64,000 bases of DNA from Azolla caroliniana (lineage: Eukaryota > Plantae > Polypodiophyta), in assembly GCA_043228905.1 (NCBI GenBank), contig JBHGNT010000011.1, forward strand, positions 11,966,001 through 12,030,000, read 5' to 3'. This document shows, one piece after another, positions 1 through 10,637 of the stretch. Position numbers and translations under genes: made by a program. A model generated the notes under the pieces. It did not search any database and was not told the DNA's origin. It was given only the letters and a program-made list of their open reading frames with translations. Within the stretch, counting starts at the first letter, position 1; every line of letters begins with the position of its first letter.

Positions 1-281
1 TCTTTGAATGCATTCCAATCCAAACTATGCAATGCTTGTATTTCATGAATTCTATCTCTTAATTCCATGTCCACTAATTTATAAAAGTTTGCTATCATAT
101 TGACATCATTTATACCAAACATTTCCATTTCATCATAATATATATTCACATACTTCGAAATATTTGTGCCATCAAACATACCAATCTTCTCTCGGACTTC
201 TCGTAAGGCATGAAATAATCGATCTTGATTCAACTTTTCAATAAACAACATTACTGGATCCATTGTACTCGTACTTGCCAT
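1..281 (-). CDS. gag: Gag N-terminus of G1 (partial, runs off the window)
   Basis: Manual translation from ATG at 281: MASTSTMDPV...REKIGMFDGTNISKYVNIYYDEMEM, which aligns with IGRFGGKDATSYLEAYRAEM in the G2 gag. Confidence 0.75.
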   Translation of the reverse strand, partial: MASTSTMDPVMLFIEKLNQDRLFHALREVREKIGMFDGTNISKYVNIYYDEMEMFGINDVNMIANFYKLVDMELRDRIHEIQALHSLDWNAFK

Positions 282-325
282 GTTGATGTTGATCTTCACT
301 TTAGATGTCTCTTCTACTTCCCCGT

Positions 326-343
326 TTCACGTCGGGTTCACCA
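326..343 (-). other. Primer-binding site, tRNA-Trp (G1)
   Basis: Plus strand TTCACGTCGGGTTCACCA matches the 3' end of plant cytosolic tRNA-Trp plus CCA. Confidence 0.85.
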
Positions 344-1047
344 AATTGTGTCGTGGCGTGGCTCGCCTAGAAGCGTAGCATTGCGTAGACAAAAGATATC
401 GTGAAAGTGAGGAAGGAATCACTGGGATTATGGACGGAAGAGACGAAAGAGTAGAGATAGATAAATAGTGATCAACAAGATATGACAAGATAGGATATAG
501 AATGATATTTGAAGCAATAAAAGAGATTTATAATTATTTGATAAAAGAGTTACAAAATGATTGTGCACATCATTGAACCTCTGAACTTTGTCTTGCAAGG
601 TAATCGCTCTTCTCTTTCTTGATCGTAGACCATTACAATCTTCACTTCAATATTTTGATGAAGATAAGGCTCGAACCGTCTCCCTCTTGTTGAGAGTTGA
701 CCACCACGACCGCCAAGCTAGAGCTCCACGTTTATGTTAAACTTCTTCCCTTCTTTCTCTATTTTTATGGTATCTCTTATGAAATATATAATTTGATTCA
801 TATCTCATACATATCTCCCTTTGATCTTCTCTTTCACCATTTAAATAGGTGCCCCCATGCATATGATGCATTGGAGGGTACAAATCATGCATGTAGTGCA
901 TGAAATGCATGTGATGCATGATCGCCATTTGGCGTTCATGCATTACATGTGATGCATGATAAACATCTCGCTCATTTGAGCTTTTATGTATGAAACAATA
1001 TATGCAATAACAATAACATGAAAATATAATCTTAAAGAGAAAGGGCC

Positions 1048-1101
1048 TAGCCTAATGGTAGGTGTGTTGACTTTGGTGTATGAGGTTGTTGGTTCGAGTC
1101 T
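1048..1101 (+). promoter_or_regulatory. tRNA-like Pol III type-2 promoter cassette (A box + B box) inside the G1 LTR, copy 1
   Basis: A box TAGCCTAATGG (1048-1058) and B box GGTTCGAGTCT (1091-1101), 43 bp start-to-start; T-run at ~1127-1131. Confidence 0.6.
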
Positions 1102-1205
1102 CAAAATACTACAACATACAACTTTATTTTTATATCATGAAGCAAATCCTTTATGTAATATAAAGTATATATAAAGTATGCTTTATTTTATGTAAATTAC
1201 TAGTA

Positions 1206-1259
1206 TAGAGTAAATGGTAAGATTTGAGAGTCATAGGGTGGGCTTATTGGTTCAAGTCC
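1206..1259 (+). promoter_or_regulatory. tRNA-like Pol III promoter cassette inside the G1 LTR, copy 2
   Basis: TAGAGTAAATGG (1206) and GGTTCAAGTCC (1249-1259), 43 bp spacing; T6 run at ~1307. Confidence 0.5.
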
Positions 1260-1445
1260 TCTCTTGTTCGTGTAATATAATATATTTATCTATATATATA
1301 TATATTATTTTTCTTTACATATATATAATATTATCATATGTGTTGTTAATATTATCTTTATATATAAAACATTATCAAATGTTATTTTCATTACGTATTT
1401 ATCTTATTGTAGACTTTTAATGTGAAGCTTTCGTACTTCACGACA

Positions 1446-3753
1446 GCGGGATGCTGCTTCTCTTCTTTGGGTGTTTCCATAAGCACCCTCCTGCAGGAAG
1501 AATCGGTACGCCTTCCTCCGTATCCGGCTCGCCTCCTCTCTCGCCCATGCTGTGTCCGATGTCATCGTCCATAAGAACCTCCCGATTTGGAGCCACTCCC
1601 CGATGTACCCGCTTTCGTCAAATTCGTTAAGCGCTGGATTGTTCCCTTTCCTTCTTGTCGTTACGTTAGCCGACCCGAAGAAGTCCTCGCCGACCTCTTC
1701 GTCCTCCGAAACCATGCCGTCTTCGTCGTTGAACCTTGCCCTCGAAAGCACGTCGGCCTTGGCGTTGTCCTTTCCGGAGATGTGTCGTATCTCCGGGTTC
1801 AGGGACTTAATGTACGCTATCCACCGGAGCATTGCTAGGTCCAGTGTCGCGCATCCAGAAACCATGCCGAGTATCGGCAGGCAGTCCGTCTCGATAATCA
1901 CCTCCGTCCCGATCAGATAATCCTTGTCGGCCTTGACCGCCGAAACGACACCCCGAAGTTCGCGCTTATATTTTGCGTACCCTCGCTGCCGCTCGCTCAA
2001 TACCTTCGCCCCGAACCGGATCGGGAATCGTGCACCGCCCTTGTCCTCTTCTGATTACCCATCCGATCCCGGTCGGGCTGGTGTCCACCGTTACGCAGAT
2101 GGGAACATCCTTGCCGTAAACCGCTTTACGGAGAGCCGGCGCTGCTGTAAGCGCCTCCTTTAGTCTCCGAACCGACTCCGTGTGCTCCGTCCTCCACTCA
2201 AAGCTACGCCCCTTTTTTAATAGTCCGTAGAGGGGTTCCGCGACATGTGCGTAGTGTGGGATCCAGATGTGGTAGAACGCCCATGCCCCCAAGAATCTAC
2301 GGACCTCCGTGACCGACCCGCAAACGTTCCTCATCGCGGAGATGGCCTCTACCTTTGCCGGAGACGGTTTCCTACCGTAAGGTCCGCACAAGTGTCCAAC
2401 CACCAAGATCTCCGACTGTCTGAAGGCCGACTTTTCCCCGGAGAAGGTGAGCCTCATGCGCTCTAGTCTTTGCAGCACCTTCTCGCAGTCATCGATGTGG
2501 GACGCCACGAAATTCCGACATCCGTCCGGCCTGATTGCCTCGTCCCTTTTCTCCACCGGGCATCCCTTGATCGAGATGTCGTCTAAGAACGGCATGGTGA
2601 TGTCCTGGATACAATCCCTGAGCACTTTGTTCATCGGGTTCACCATGTGAGCCACTAAGTTCGTCCCTCCTTGTGGCAGGGTACACATCCGCACCAGGCC
2701 GAGAGGAGTCCGCATCGTCGTAATGTCTCTGCTCTCCACAGCTAGTTGGAATTGATCGTACCCCGAGTACAGATCACCGACAGAATAGATCGACCTTCCA
2801 ACGAAGGCCTCCGCGAACTCGTCTATGGTCGGTCCAATCCCTGCGTTATGGATGGTCACCTTGTTGACCGGTTGTAGGTCCTGGATGAAGCGCAGCGTGC
2901 CGTTCTTCTTCGGCACCGTAAACCACCGATTCGAATACGGGGCACTCGACAGTTCGAGGATGCCCATCTCCACCTTTTGCTTTAGGAGCTCCATCAACTT
3001 CGGGATGTGAGCTCTCGGCACCGGAATCGGCTTGAGATTCCACGGTACATGAGGTACCGTGAAGATCACCATCGGTTCGACAACTGTCGGGTCTACGCAC
3101 CCGATCTCCTTCGGTGAGAATGCGAAAGCCTTCCCGTGCCTCCCTAGCATTCTCCAAAACCGGTCCTCCTCCACTAGCAGTAGGAAGCCGCCCCCACCGA
3201 CCTTGAGCTCCCGTAGCGTTATGTCGGTGAATCGGTGCCCTATGCCAGCCGGATTTCGTAAACTTGGGTCCGACGCGACCCCCTTTATCCGCTCCTCGCT
3301 GTCCTCCGGCAAGGGTGCTGCGACTGGCCTCACCTTCCGGTCCACAGTCTTGTATTTCGTATCCACGCGGGCCGTCTGATCCGACCCGATCCTTTCCCCG
3401 AAGTCTGCGATGACTTCGTACATTCCTATCGACCCCACCGGAACGGTCCGGTCTTCTCTAAGGTCTTCACCGATCACCTTTCGTAGTTCGCCCAAGGTGT
3501 CGTCAAAAGAGACCGCCTCCACGGCGCCGATGATGCCCTCGTCGGGGAAGAGGACTCCGCATCCCCTGAGCCGCTCCTCCGCTCGCTTCCTCTCCCTGCC
3601 GCTGACGTTGGTTATAGTACAACCTCCACTGTCGGAGAACCAAAATTTCCTACCTATGGTACAGGTCTTCTTTCGTACTGTACATTTGTGAGGTTCTTCC
3701 CGGGTGTCCGGACTATCGCGGCCCCACGCCTTGACAGCCCTCTCTAAAAATCC
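1446..3753 (-). pseudogene. pol: RT-RNase H (pol) of G2, with a frameshift near 2050
   Basis: ORFs 1966-3522 (RT) and 1404-2000 (RNase H). The RT frame stays open upstream to 3753. Confidence 0.9.
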
Positions 3754-5874
3754 CCTCGGGTTTCGCTACCGAGGGCGTCACGGTTACGCTCGTGGTTTGG
3801 TCGCACCGTTAGGAACTGGACCGAGTGACGCCCGTCCTGGCTCTTGATTCTTGCATAGGCCGAACCGTTGTCCAGCACCTTGGTCTCCATCCGTGCCGTT
3901 GTGATATATGGTTCTCCCAGTATAACCAGATGCGAGGACGTCTCCTGCACAAAAAAGTGTTGGTCGATCTCGACATCGCCGATTTTCACCCATACGTTCG
4001 GACAGGCCCCATGTAGTTCTTCCGTGGCGCACGTCGTTGCCCGTATCTTCCAGCCATGCTTGGTGTTGATCGGCCATTTACCCCTCTTGTAGAAATACAT
4101 GGACATCAGGTTGATTTCGGATCCATGGTCTACCAACACCACCACTGGTTCCAGAACGTTGCCGATCCGTACTGGGGTTTCCGTAGTCGCCCTGGCCCAA
4201 TGCGGCTTCGTGTAGTGGCTTCCCGCTAGCTCATCTTCCAAGGCTCCGTCTTCCAGGTGCGTGGTCCGCACTTCCACCGGCTTCTCCAGTTCCGGCTCCG
4301 TCGAGAGCCTCTTACGCTTCACCAAGTCTACGATAGAGTCGTGGAACTCCCTCTTGGCGATCCCCAGCACCTCCCGCAACGACAGCTCCACTTTACTGTC
4401 GAGGATTCGCTCTTCAAGGACCTTCCGTAGGTCCGTTGCTCTCTCGATTTCGGTGCTCAACCGAATCCCCGCCTGCTTCTTCCCATCCGGCATGCCTAGG
4501 TTGCCGGCACCGGTCGGTTTCAGCCCGAACCGGGTCTCATACCTCGGGGCCCTGACCCCTCCGGCCTTTCCTGCCCATTTGTCCTCCACCAGAACCTCGT
4601 AGTTCTGGCAAGTGGCTTCTACGAAGCCCGTTTTCTCTTCCACCGGATCGTCCCAACCGGTGACTTCCTAGACCCGCTGTTCCGCGCGGTCCGCCTCTTC
4701 CCTCCTCAGCCGAACTCCAGAGAGGCCTTCCAGCACTAGCGGCCAGAATCCGGAGTCCTTCATCTTCCGGGTCTCATTACCCCCGACCCGAATTCCCGCC
4801 GACACTGAGTAGTTAACGGCTTCGACGTGCCGTGCCGTGGCCTCTTCCATCAACCTCTTCATGCCGCCGCGCCCCGTATTCAGTTCCAGGGCTCTCCGGG
4901 TCTCGCTCGCGTGCACCCGCCCGTTCCAGAGGTACACCACATTAGTCCTGAGCGCGTCGGCGAAGTCCGCGTAGTCCTTCCAAATGTGACCGATCGCGTC
5001 ACCACATGCACCACTGCCCAGCCTGCAGCCTCCGGTCGCGAGGTTGTTCACCGCTGTCTCTTCGGGCCTGTGCAATCTGCAGGTCTCGCACCATCTGTGT
5101 TAGTTCCTCCAGAGCCGCTCCTCCGGACGGGCCTCTAACTACATCGTTCGATGCCGACCCCGACTCCAACCAGATTCGGGTCTCTTCCTTCCTCCTAGCC
5201 GGCACCGAAACTGGCTCCTCGAGCCTCCTCCTCGGGATCGGCCCCGACCCCGACGCGCTTCCGTCGCTCCAATCGCGCCGTTTGTCGAAACGGTTGTAGA
5301 CCCGTTTTACCACAATGCAATCCGTCATGAGCCCTTCGTCCGTTTCCCGTAGGGGACCCACCTTTTCCCTGTCGAGCGCATCCACCGACTTGACAAGTAG
5401 CAGCACTCGACTCGTTTCGAGCACCGTCCGGTCCAGCGTCGACAGCCGCGCGAACCGTTTCTCGAACTCCTGGAGGAGCACTGACGTGTTCCTCCCTTTT
5501 TCGGGGCTTTCCACCCATGCCATGAAGTCCCGCCTCGACAGCCGGAGCGAGTCGTCAAACCCGTACTTCTTGAGGAGTTGCAGCTCGAACTCCTCCCAAG
5601 TCTGGCATCCGGCCAACACCTCGAGCACCTCCGCATGGATGCCCGGCGTCACCACCCGAGGGAATCCGGACAGCCGCCTGTCCACCGGGATATCCCTCAT
5701 GATCATTTCGGCCCGGTAAGCCTCCAAATAACTTGTGGCGTCTTTCCCTCCGAAACGGCCTATAGAGCCGACGATCGATTCAATGGCTCTGTCGAGGGTA
5801 CCCGTTCCCTCACGAGCGCTCACCAGCCGGTCAACGGCCACCTCCATTGCCTCTGCTAGCTCCGATCCCCTCAT
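3744..5874 (-). pseudogene. gag: Gag-aspartic protease ORF of G2 (frameshift near 5010, premature stop at 4668-4670)
   Basis: ORFs 4999-5874, 4668-5075 and 3744-4643; the last two share a frame. Degenerate zinc knuckle CMWCDAIGHIWKD; protease D-H-G motif. Confidence 0.85.
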
Positions 5875-5897
5875 CTTTCGACTCCTTTGCCGCCCTT

Positions 5898-5915
5898 TTC
5901 ACGTCGGGTTCACCA
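5898..5915 (-). other. Primer-binding site, tRNA-Trp (G2)
   Basis: TTCACGTCGGGTTCACCA, 4 bp from the LTR. Confidence 0.85.
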
Positions 5916-5919
5916 AATA

Positions 5920-6552
5920 TGTCGCGTTGTTACGCGCGTACGTGCAGAAACGGGCGGGACCACGGGGGTCTTGGACCGAGGATCGAGAGACAGACAGACA
6001 GACAGACAAAGAGATTCTCTGACACTTAGGAGCGAGAAAGAGAGAAACAGAACGCAACACTTAATTATAATGACAGAGCTTACAAACTCCGACGGTTACA
6101 ACCGACAAAGCGGCGACGGGCCCGACACGAGGACCCTACTCACGCACACCGACGACAGTCACCGACTCCAGGAAACAAAAGGGGGAGGGGAGCAACTCTG
6201 CTGGAAGCGCACAGGCTGTCCACGAAGCAGAGGCAACGACCTCCCGACACCCGCAGGGAGCGACGATTCGAGTCGCAAAGAGAGCTCTCTCTTCCGTTCT
6301 GCAGCAACCCCCCTCCTTTCCCTCGCGCGCGATGCCCTTCTTCTCTTGTCAAGTCCCTTTTTATTCCCTGTCCTCCCCTCCATCTAACAGAGATATGCAC
6401 AATCCCCTGATAAATGCGTGCCGCCTCGTATTTCACCCACCGATCCGTTTATGAGTCGGGTACAAAATATCAAGTTACGCGCCCACCCGTGTAAGAGCCA
6501 GTTCATACGCCTTTCTCTCGAAATCCGCCTATGGCCGATTTTCTTCATGACA
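5920..6552 (-). repeat. 5' LTR of G2
   Basis: TG...CA termini, adjacent PBS, termini shared with the G3 LTRs. Confidence 0.85.
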
Positions 6553-6556
6553 CCGT

Positions 6557-6683
6557 TGTCGCGTTATTACGCGCGTGCGTGGAGAAAGGCGGGACCACGG
6601 GGGTCTTGGACTAGGGAGTGATGGAGCGTAGGAAGTCGCGCTTCACCGTCTCCGGGGCATCCCAGCAGCACACCGGAAGCAAC

Positions 6684-6728
<45 letters not shown>

Positions 6729-7334
6729 TTTAACACCGACTCACACACACACACTCATACACACACAGGCCAACCCGACCCACACCCTTAAGTACAGGAA
6801 ATGCAGGAAGGGGGAAGCACCCGACACCAACGAAGACGCGAATATACACAGACAGATGCAAACGTGTATAGATATATATAAAAGAAGAATACATTCCCGG
6901 TGTCAAGCCGGACCGAGGTAGGTTACAGTAGTCGTCAGTTGCCAAGCCGCCGGTCGGGGAGCTCACGGGCTCGTCGCGCCGAGCGGGGTCTTGCGCAGGA
7001 GATGAGCTGAAGCAAACCCTAAGCGAACACGAAGGGGGAGAAGAAGAAGAAGAAACTAACTCTAAACCTAACGGTATACCCTCTAATGCAAAATGGGCAA
7101 CCCTTTCACAAAGGGCGTTCCCTTCCTTTTATAGAACAAGGAGAGGGATGCGTTACAATGTGGGATAAATCCCGACTTACATGGGATCGTCTGTCCCGAC
7201 TTGACTACTCTTCGGCGCCATAAAGGCGCCCTCGATATTCACACTAAATGTACATGGGTGCGTACACACGCTGCACCCCGCCGATGTAGCCAATGTTTCC
7301 CGGTTTCCGCCTCTGGCCGAAATTCTTCACGACA
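6557..7334 (-). repeat. 3' LTR of G3
   Basis: Direct repeat of 10460-11241; contains a (GA)n tract. Confidence 0.95.
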
Positions 7335-8726
7335 TCCGCCCCCACCTAACTGCACGTCCACCGGTACGTGCAAAATCTGGTTGAAGGGTGAGAGATTTCG
7401 GCCGGCGAGAAACCGGTCTTCCGTGATCCGCATCCCGGCTCGCTGCCGGTTTGATCCGTCGGCTTCGATTCTTCCTTCCCGCTTACCTCCCCGTAGGCTC
7501 GTTCGACCCTTCGATGGGTCCTCTGCCGCAATCTCCATAGTACGCGTACTTTCGTTGGCCCTTGTTCGGCCGTATGAACACCCCGCTTCCCGCCGTAGGC
7601 CCGATGTCCTCCGCTTGAGGCATGCCCGTAGAGGCCCGCTTGGCCTCCGTTGATCATTCGCGTCGTCTTGATTGCCGTCCCATGTCGTTTCGCGTTGCCC
7701 TCGTCCTCTCGCCGCCACCTTCCTTCTACATGGTCTTACATCGCCGCATCGGCTCGAACCGCCATGATCTCCGGAACGGTGTGGAGGATCCCTTTCCGGC
7801 CTTCTCCGCGCTACCTCCGAACCGCGCAACCTATCTCCGCGCTCGCCTTTCCGCTCCGGCACCTCCATGCCACATAGTGTTTGGCATTGCTTGTGTTGCA
7901 CTCCTTGTCGGCCCCCTTTTCGGCCAGATCGTGCATCGCCGCTCACCTGCATACCGGCGTCCTTTGCATCCGAGGAACACCCCGTAGTAGCCCGCTTGGC
8001 CCTTCCCGTCTTCGTGCTACCGCGATAGGTCCTGAGTCTTCCGCTTGCCGTCGTCCCCTCGCCCCCACTAGCTGTCACCCCGGGCTTGCCGTGACAGTCT
8101 TCGCTACTTCGACGGAGCTACCGAGATCTACGAAGCGAGTGTGGAGGATCCTCCTCCGGCCTCTCTTGCCATCCCCTGACTCCGATCCTGTGCAGTCCAC
8201 TAGGCACTTGTCACCTCGTCCCCGGCACCTTTCTTGTGTTGTCTTCCGCTTCCTTTGTTCGGCCCTGCCCTCGCCGAACACCGTCCCGTAGTCACGCTTC
8301 GATCCGGCCCGCGATGGCCACTTGCGAGACTCTTGTTCTGTCCAAGGTGTGCCTTTCCGGCCTGACACACCTCCCCATGTTCGCCCCTACCGGCTCCTTC
8401 CGAAACCGTGACCGGCCGGTGAGGGTTTCGCACTTCGTCCGCCCGTCTTACCGGCTCCCTATCTGCTACCTCGTGTTGTCGGGTCCCGTTCCCTGCCGCC
8501 ACCGTCCTTCTCCCTAGGTCTCACGTTGCCACGTTGGCCGAAATTCGGGTGGCTTTTGTTTGAGTCCCTCCCGGACTCTCCTCGTGTCTTCCGCGTAGCC
8601 GGGTCCCGTTTCCCGCCGCCACCAACCTTCTCTCTCGGTCTCATGTTTCCACGTTGGCCGAACTGCCAGAGTCTCTGGTTAAGTGTGGGGATCCTGTAGG
8701 ACCGGACTTCCTTACGCCCTTTGGCC

Positions 8727-8948
8727 TTCGTCACCGCGCCGCCACCGTGAGTATCTTGGTCTTACGTCGACCGCGTTGCCGACTGCCGAAGTCTCTAGAA
8801 CCGGTGTGGAGGATCCTCCATAGACCGCCCATCCGTAGCCCTTTCCTTCGTCACCTCGCCGCCACCGTCAGTATCTTGGTCTTACGTCGACCGCGTTGCC
8901 GACTGCCGAAGTCTCTAGAACCGGTGTGAAGGATCCTCCGTAGGCCTC
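8727..8948. repeat. Tandem 120-bp repeat (about 2 copies, with degenerate relatives at ~8100-8720) in the G3 interior
   Basis: GCCGCCACCGT.AGTATCTTGGTCTTACGTCGACCGCGTTGCCGACTGCCGAAGTCTCTAGAACCGGTGTG recurs at a 120-bp offset. Confidence 0.85.
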
Positions 8949-9768
8949 CGATTTGTCTTCCCGACCCTGTCCCGGGTCGTCCCTTTCCGCATGCCGAGAG
9001 GACGGTTTACTCCGCACCCTCTCCCCTGGTACCGACGTATCGTGTCCTCGGCCTCTTCGTAGGCCTGCTCTCTTCCTCCCTCCCGGAATGGTCATCCGGG
9101 AGTCCGCTCCGCCCGGTTCTCGCTCGGGTTCGTTCGTCTTTCTCCGGATTCCCGAGTCCCGTTCTCCTGTCGCCACTGATCTCTCTTGTCGGACTCACGC
9201 CGGCACTCGGGCCTGCAGCCGGATCGGTGTAAGGAATCCCATAGGACCGGCTTTCATTCTCCTTCCAAATCTCGACCTTCGCCCGGTCGGTCTTTCTCCC
9301 CATGTAAAAGAGGGTGGCTCGTCCCGCACCCTCTTCCGTTTCGGCACTTTCATGCCGAATCCGGCCCTGATCAAACAATCCACGACCGGATCACGCTCCA
9401 CCCGTATCGGAATGCCGATCTCCTCGTGTCGCTTCCGTCCTCGGCCTCCTCGCAGGCCGTTTCCCATCCGACTTCGCTGGCATCGTGCCAGGACTCCTCG
9501 GTACTGCCATCCATCTCCTCGGTCTTACATGGCCATACGGGCCCGAATGCCGAGTTCTCCGGAATCAAGTCCGTGGGCTTTCGTCCGCTCCTTCCCCGTA
9601 CCGATCTTCCGCCGTCGCGTGGGGCAAGTCCGTCTTCTCAGTCTCGGCTTGCAGCCTCCGTCTTTCCTCTTCCTCGAGCATCGCCTCGAGAACTGCGTAC
9701 GCCTCCGCAATCCTGGCCCCAACGCCAACCCTTGCCGACTCTCTTTGCCGTTCGGCCTCTTCCCGCTG

Positions 9769-10422
9769 TTATGGCACGCCGTCACGTCCCTTCCTCTTAG
9801 CCTTCTCAGCTCGCTCGTTGTCTAGCCGTTGGCACACCCTTCTGACCTTCGACCAGTCCTCCGTAAGCCCATTCGCTCCATCATCGTGTTCGAGCTCAAT
9901 CCTGATGGCCTCCCGTTCCGCTCGGTCGATCGACCTGACGAACAATAGGACCTTGTCCGCCCCCACCAAACCTTGTTCCCGCTCCGGGAGCCGAGCAAGC
10001 CGCCGCTCGAACTCTCGAAACGCCTTGGCCGCGCCCCGATGGGTTTTTGCCGATGCTACCCACTGGTCAAAGTCGTGTCGTCCCCGGCTCTTCCGCCGTC
10101 CTCCGTATGCCTTCAGGAGCGCCTCTTCGAAGGCCTCCCACGAACTATGAGCCTCACGGAGCTCCTTTATTTCCGCATGCATCCGGACAGCCACGACCTG
10201 ACAGAAGAACTCCAGCCTCAACGCCTTGTCTACGCCACGCTCCTCCATTTCCGCGTTGTAGGCTTCCAAGTAAGATGGGACTTTGTCCCCGTTGAAACGG
10301 CCGACTCTTTCGACCACTCGCTCAACCGCCTGTTGTGCTGCTTCTCGCCTCATCACCACTCGTGCCGACTCCAACACCACTTCGGCCACCATCTCCGCAA
10401 GGTCGTCCTCTTCCGACTCCAT
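9769..10422 (-). CDS. gag: Gag-like protein of G3 (217 aa; an E/R-rich frame continues past the TAA)
   Basis: VGRFNGDKVPSYLEAYNAEM...WEAFEEALLKAYG...FERRLARL aligns with the G2 gag; starts right after the PBS. Confidence 0.8.
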   Translation of the reverse strand: MESEEDDLAEMVAEVVLESARVVMRREAAQQAVERVVERVGRFNGDKVPSYLEAYNAEMEERGVDKALRLEFFCQVVAVRMHAEIKELREAHSSWEAFEEALLKAYGGRRKSRGRHDFDQWVASAKTHRGAAKAFREFERRLARLPEREQGLVGADKVLLFVRSIDRAEREAIRIELEHDDGANGLTEDWSKVRRVCQRLDNERAEKAKRKGRDGVP

Positions 10423-10459
10423 CCTCCCTTGCCGCCTTTCACGTCGGGTTCACCAAAGA

Positions 10460-10578
10460 TGTTACGCGCGTGCGTGGAGAAAGGCAGGACCACGGGGGTC
10501 TTGGACTAGGGAGTGATGGAGCGTAGGAAGTCGCGCTTCACCGTCTCCGGGGCATCCCAGCAGCACACCGGAAGTAAC

Positions 10579-10637
<59 letters not shown>

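Larger units (their letters stand above)
1..1445 (-). mobile_element. Ty3/gypsy element G1, 5' end only (LTR, tRNA-Trp PBS, gag start), inserted into the pol of element G2
   Basis: LTR 349-1445 has inverted termini TGTCGTG...CACGACA, next to PBS 326-343. G2 pol sequence resumes at 1446. Confidence 0.85.
349..1445 (-). repeat. 5' LTR of G1
   Basis: 7-bp terminal inverted repeat TGTCGTG/CACGACA with adjacent PBS. Confidence 0.85.
1446..6552 (-). mobile_element. Ty3/gypsy element G2 (non-chromovirus, Phygy/Selgy-like): gag-PR, RT, RNase H; interrupted before the integrase by G1
   Basis: LTR 5920-6552 (TGTCGCG...CATGACA), PBS 5898-5915, gag, protease LVDHGSEINLM, RT motifs DLYSGYDQ / LPQG / FLDD, RNase H TDCLP...HISGKDNAKADVLSR. 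Confidence 0.92.

Noticed and set aside
1041-1110. Functional tRNA gene
   Set aside because: A and B boxes are present but there is no acceptor or anticodon stem pairing, and it lies within an LTR.
7201-10150. Many long overlapping ORFs on both strands in the G3 interior
   Set aside because: GC-rich, stop-poor sequence with no recognisable domains; most are antisense shadows.
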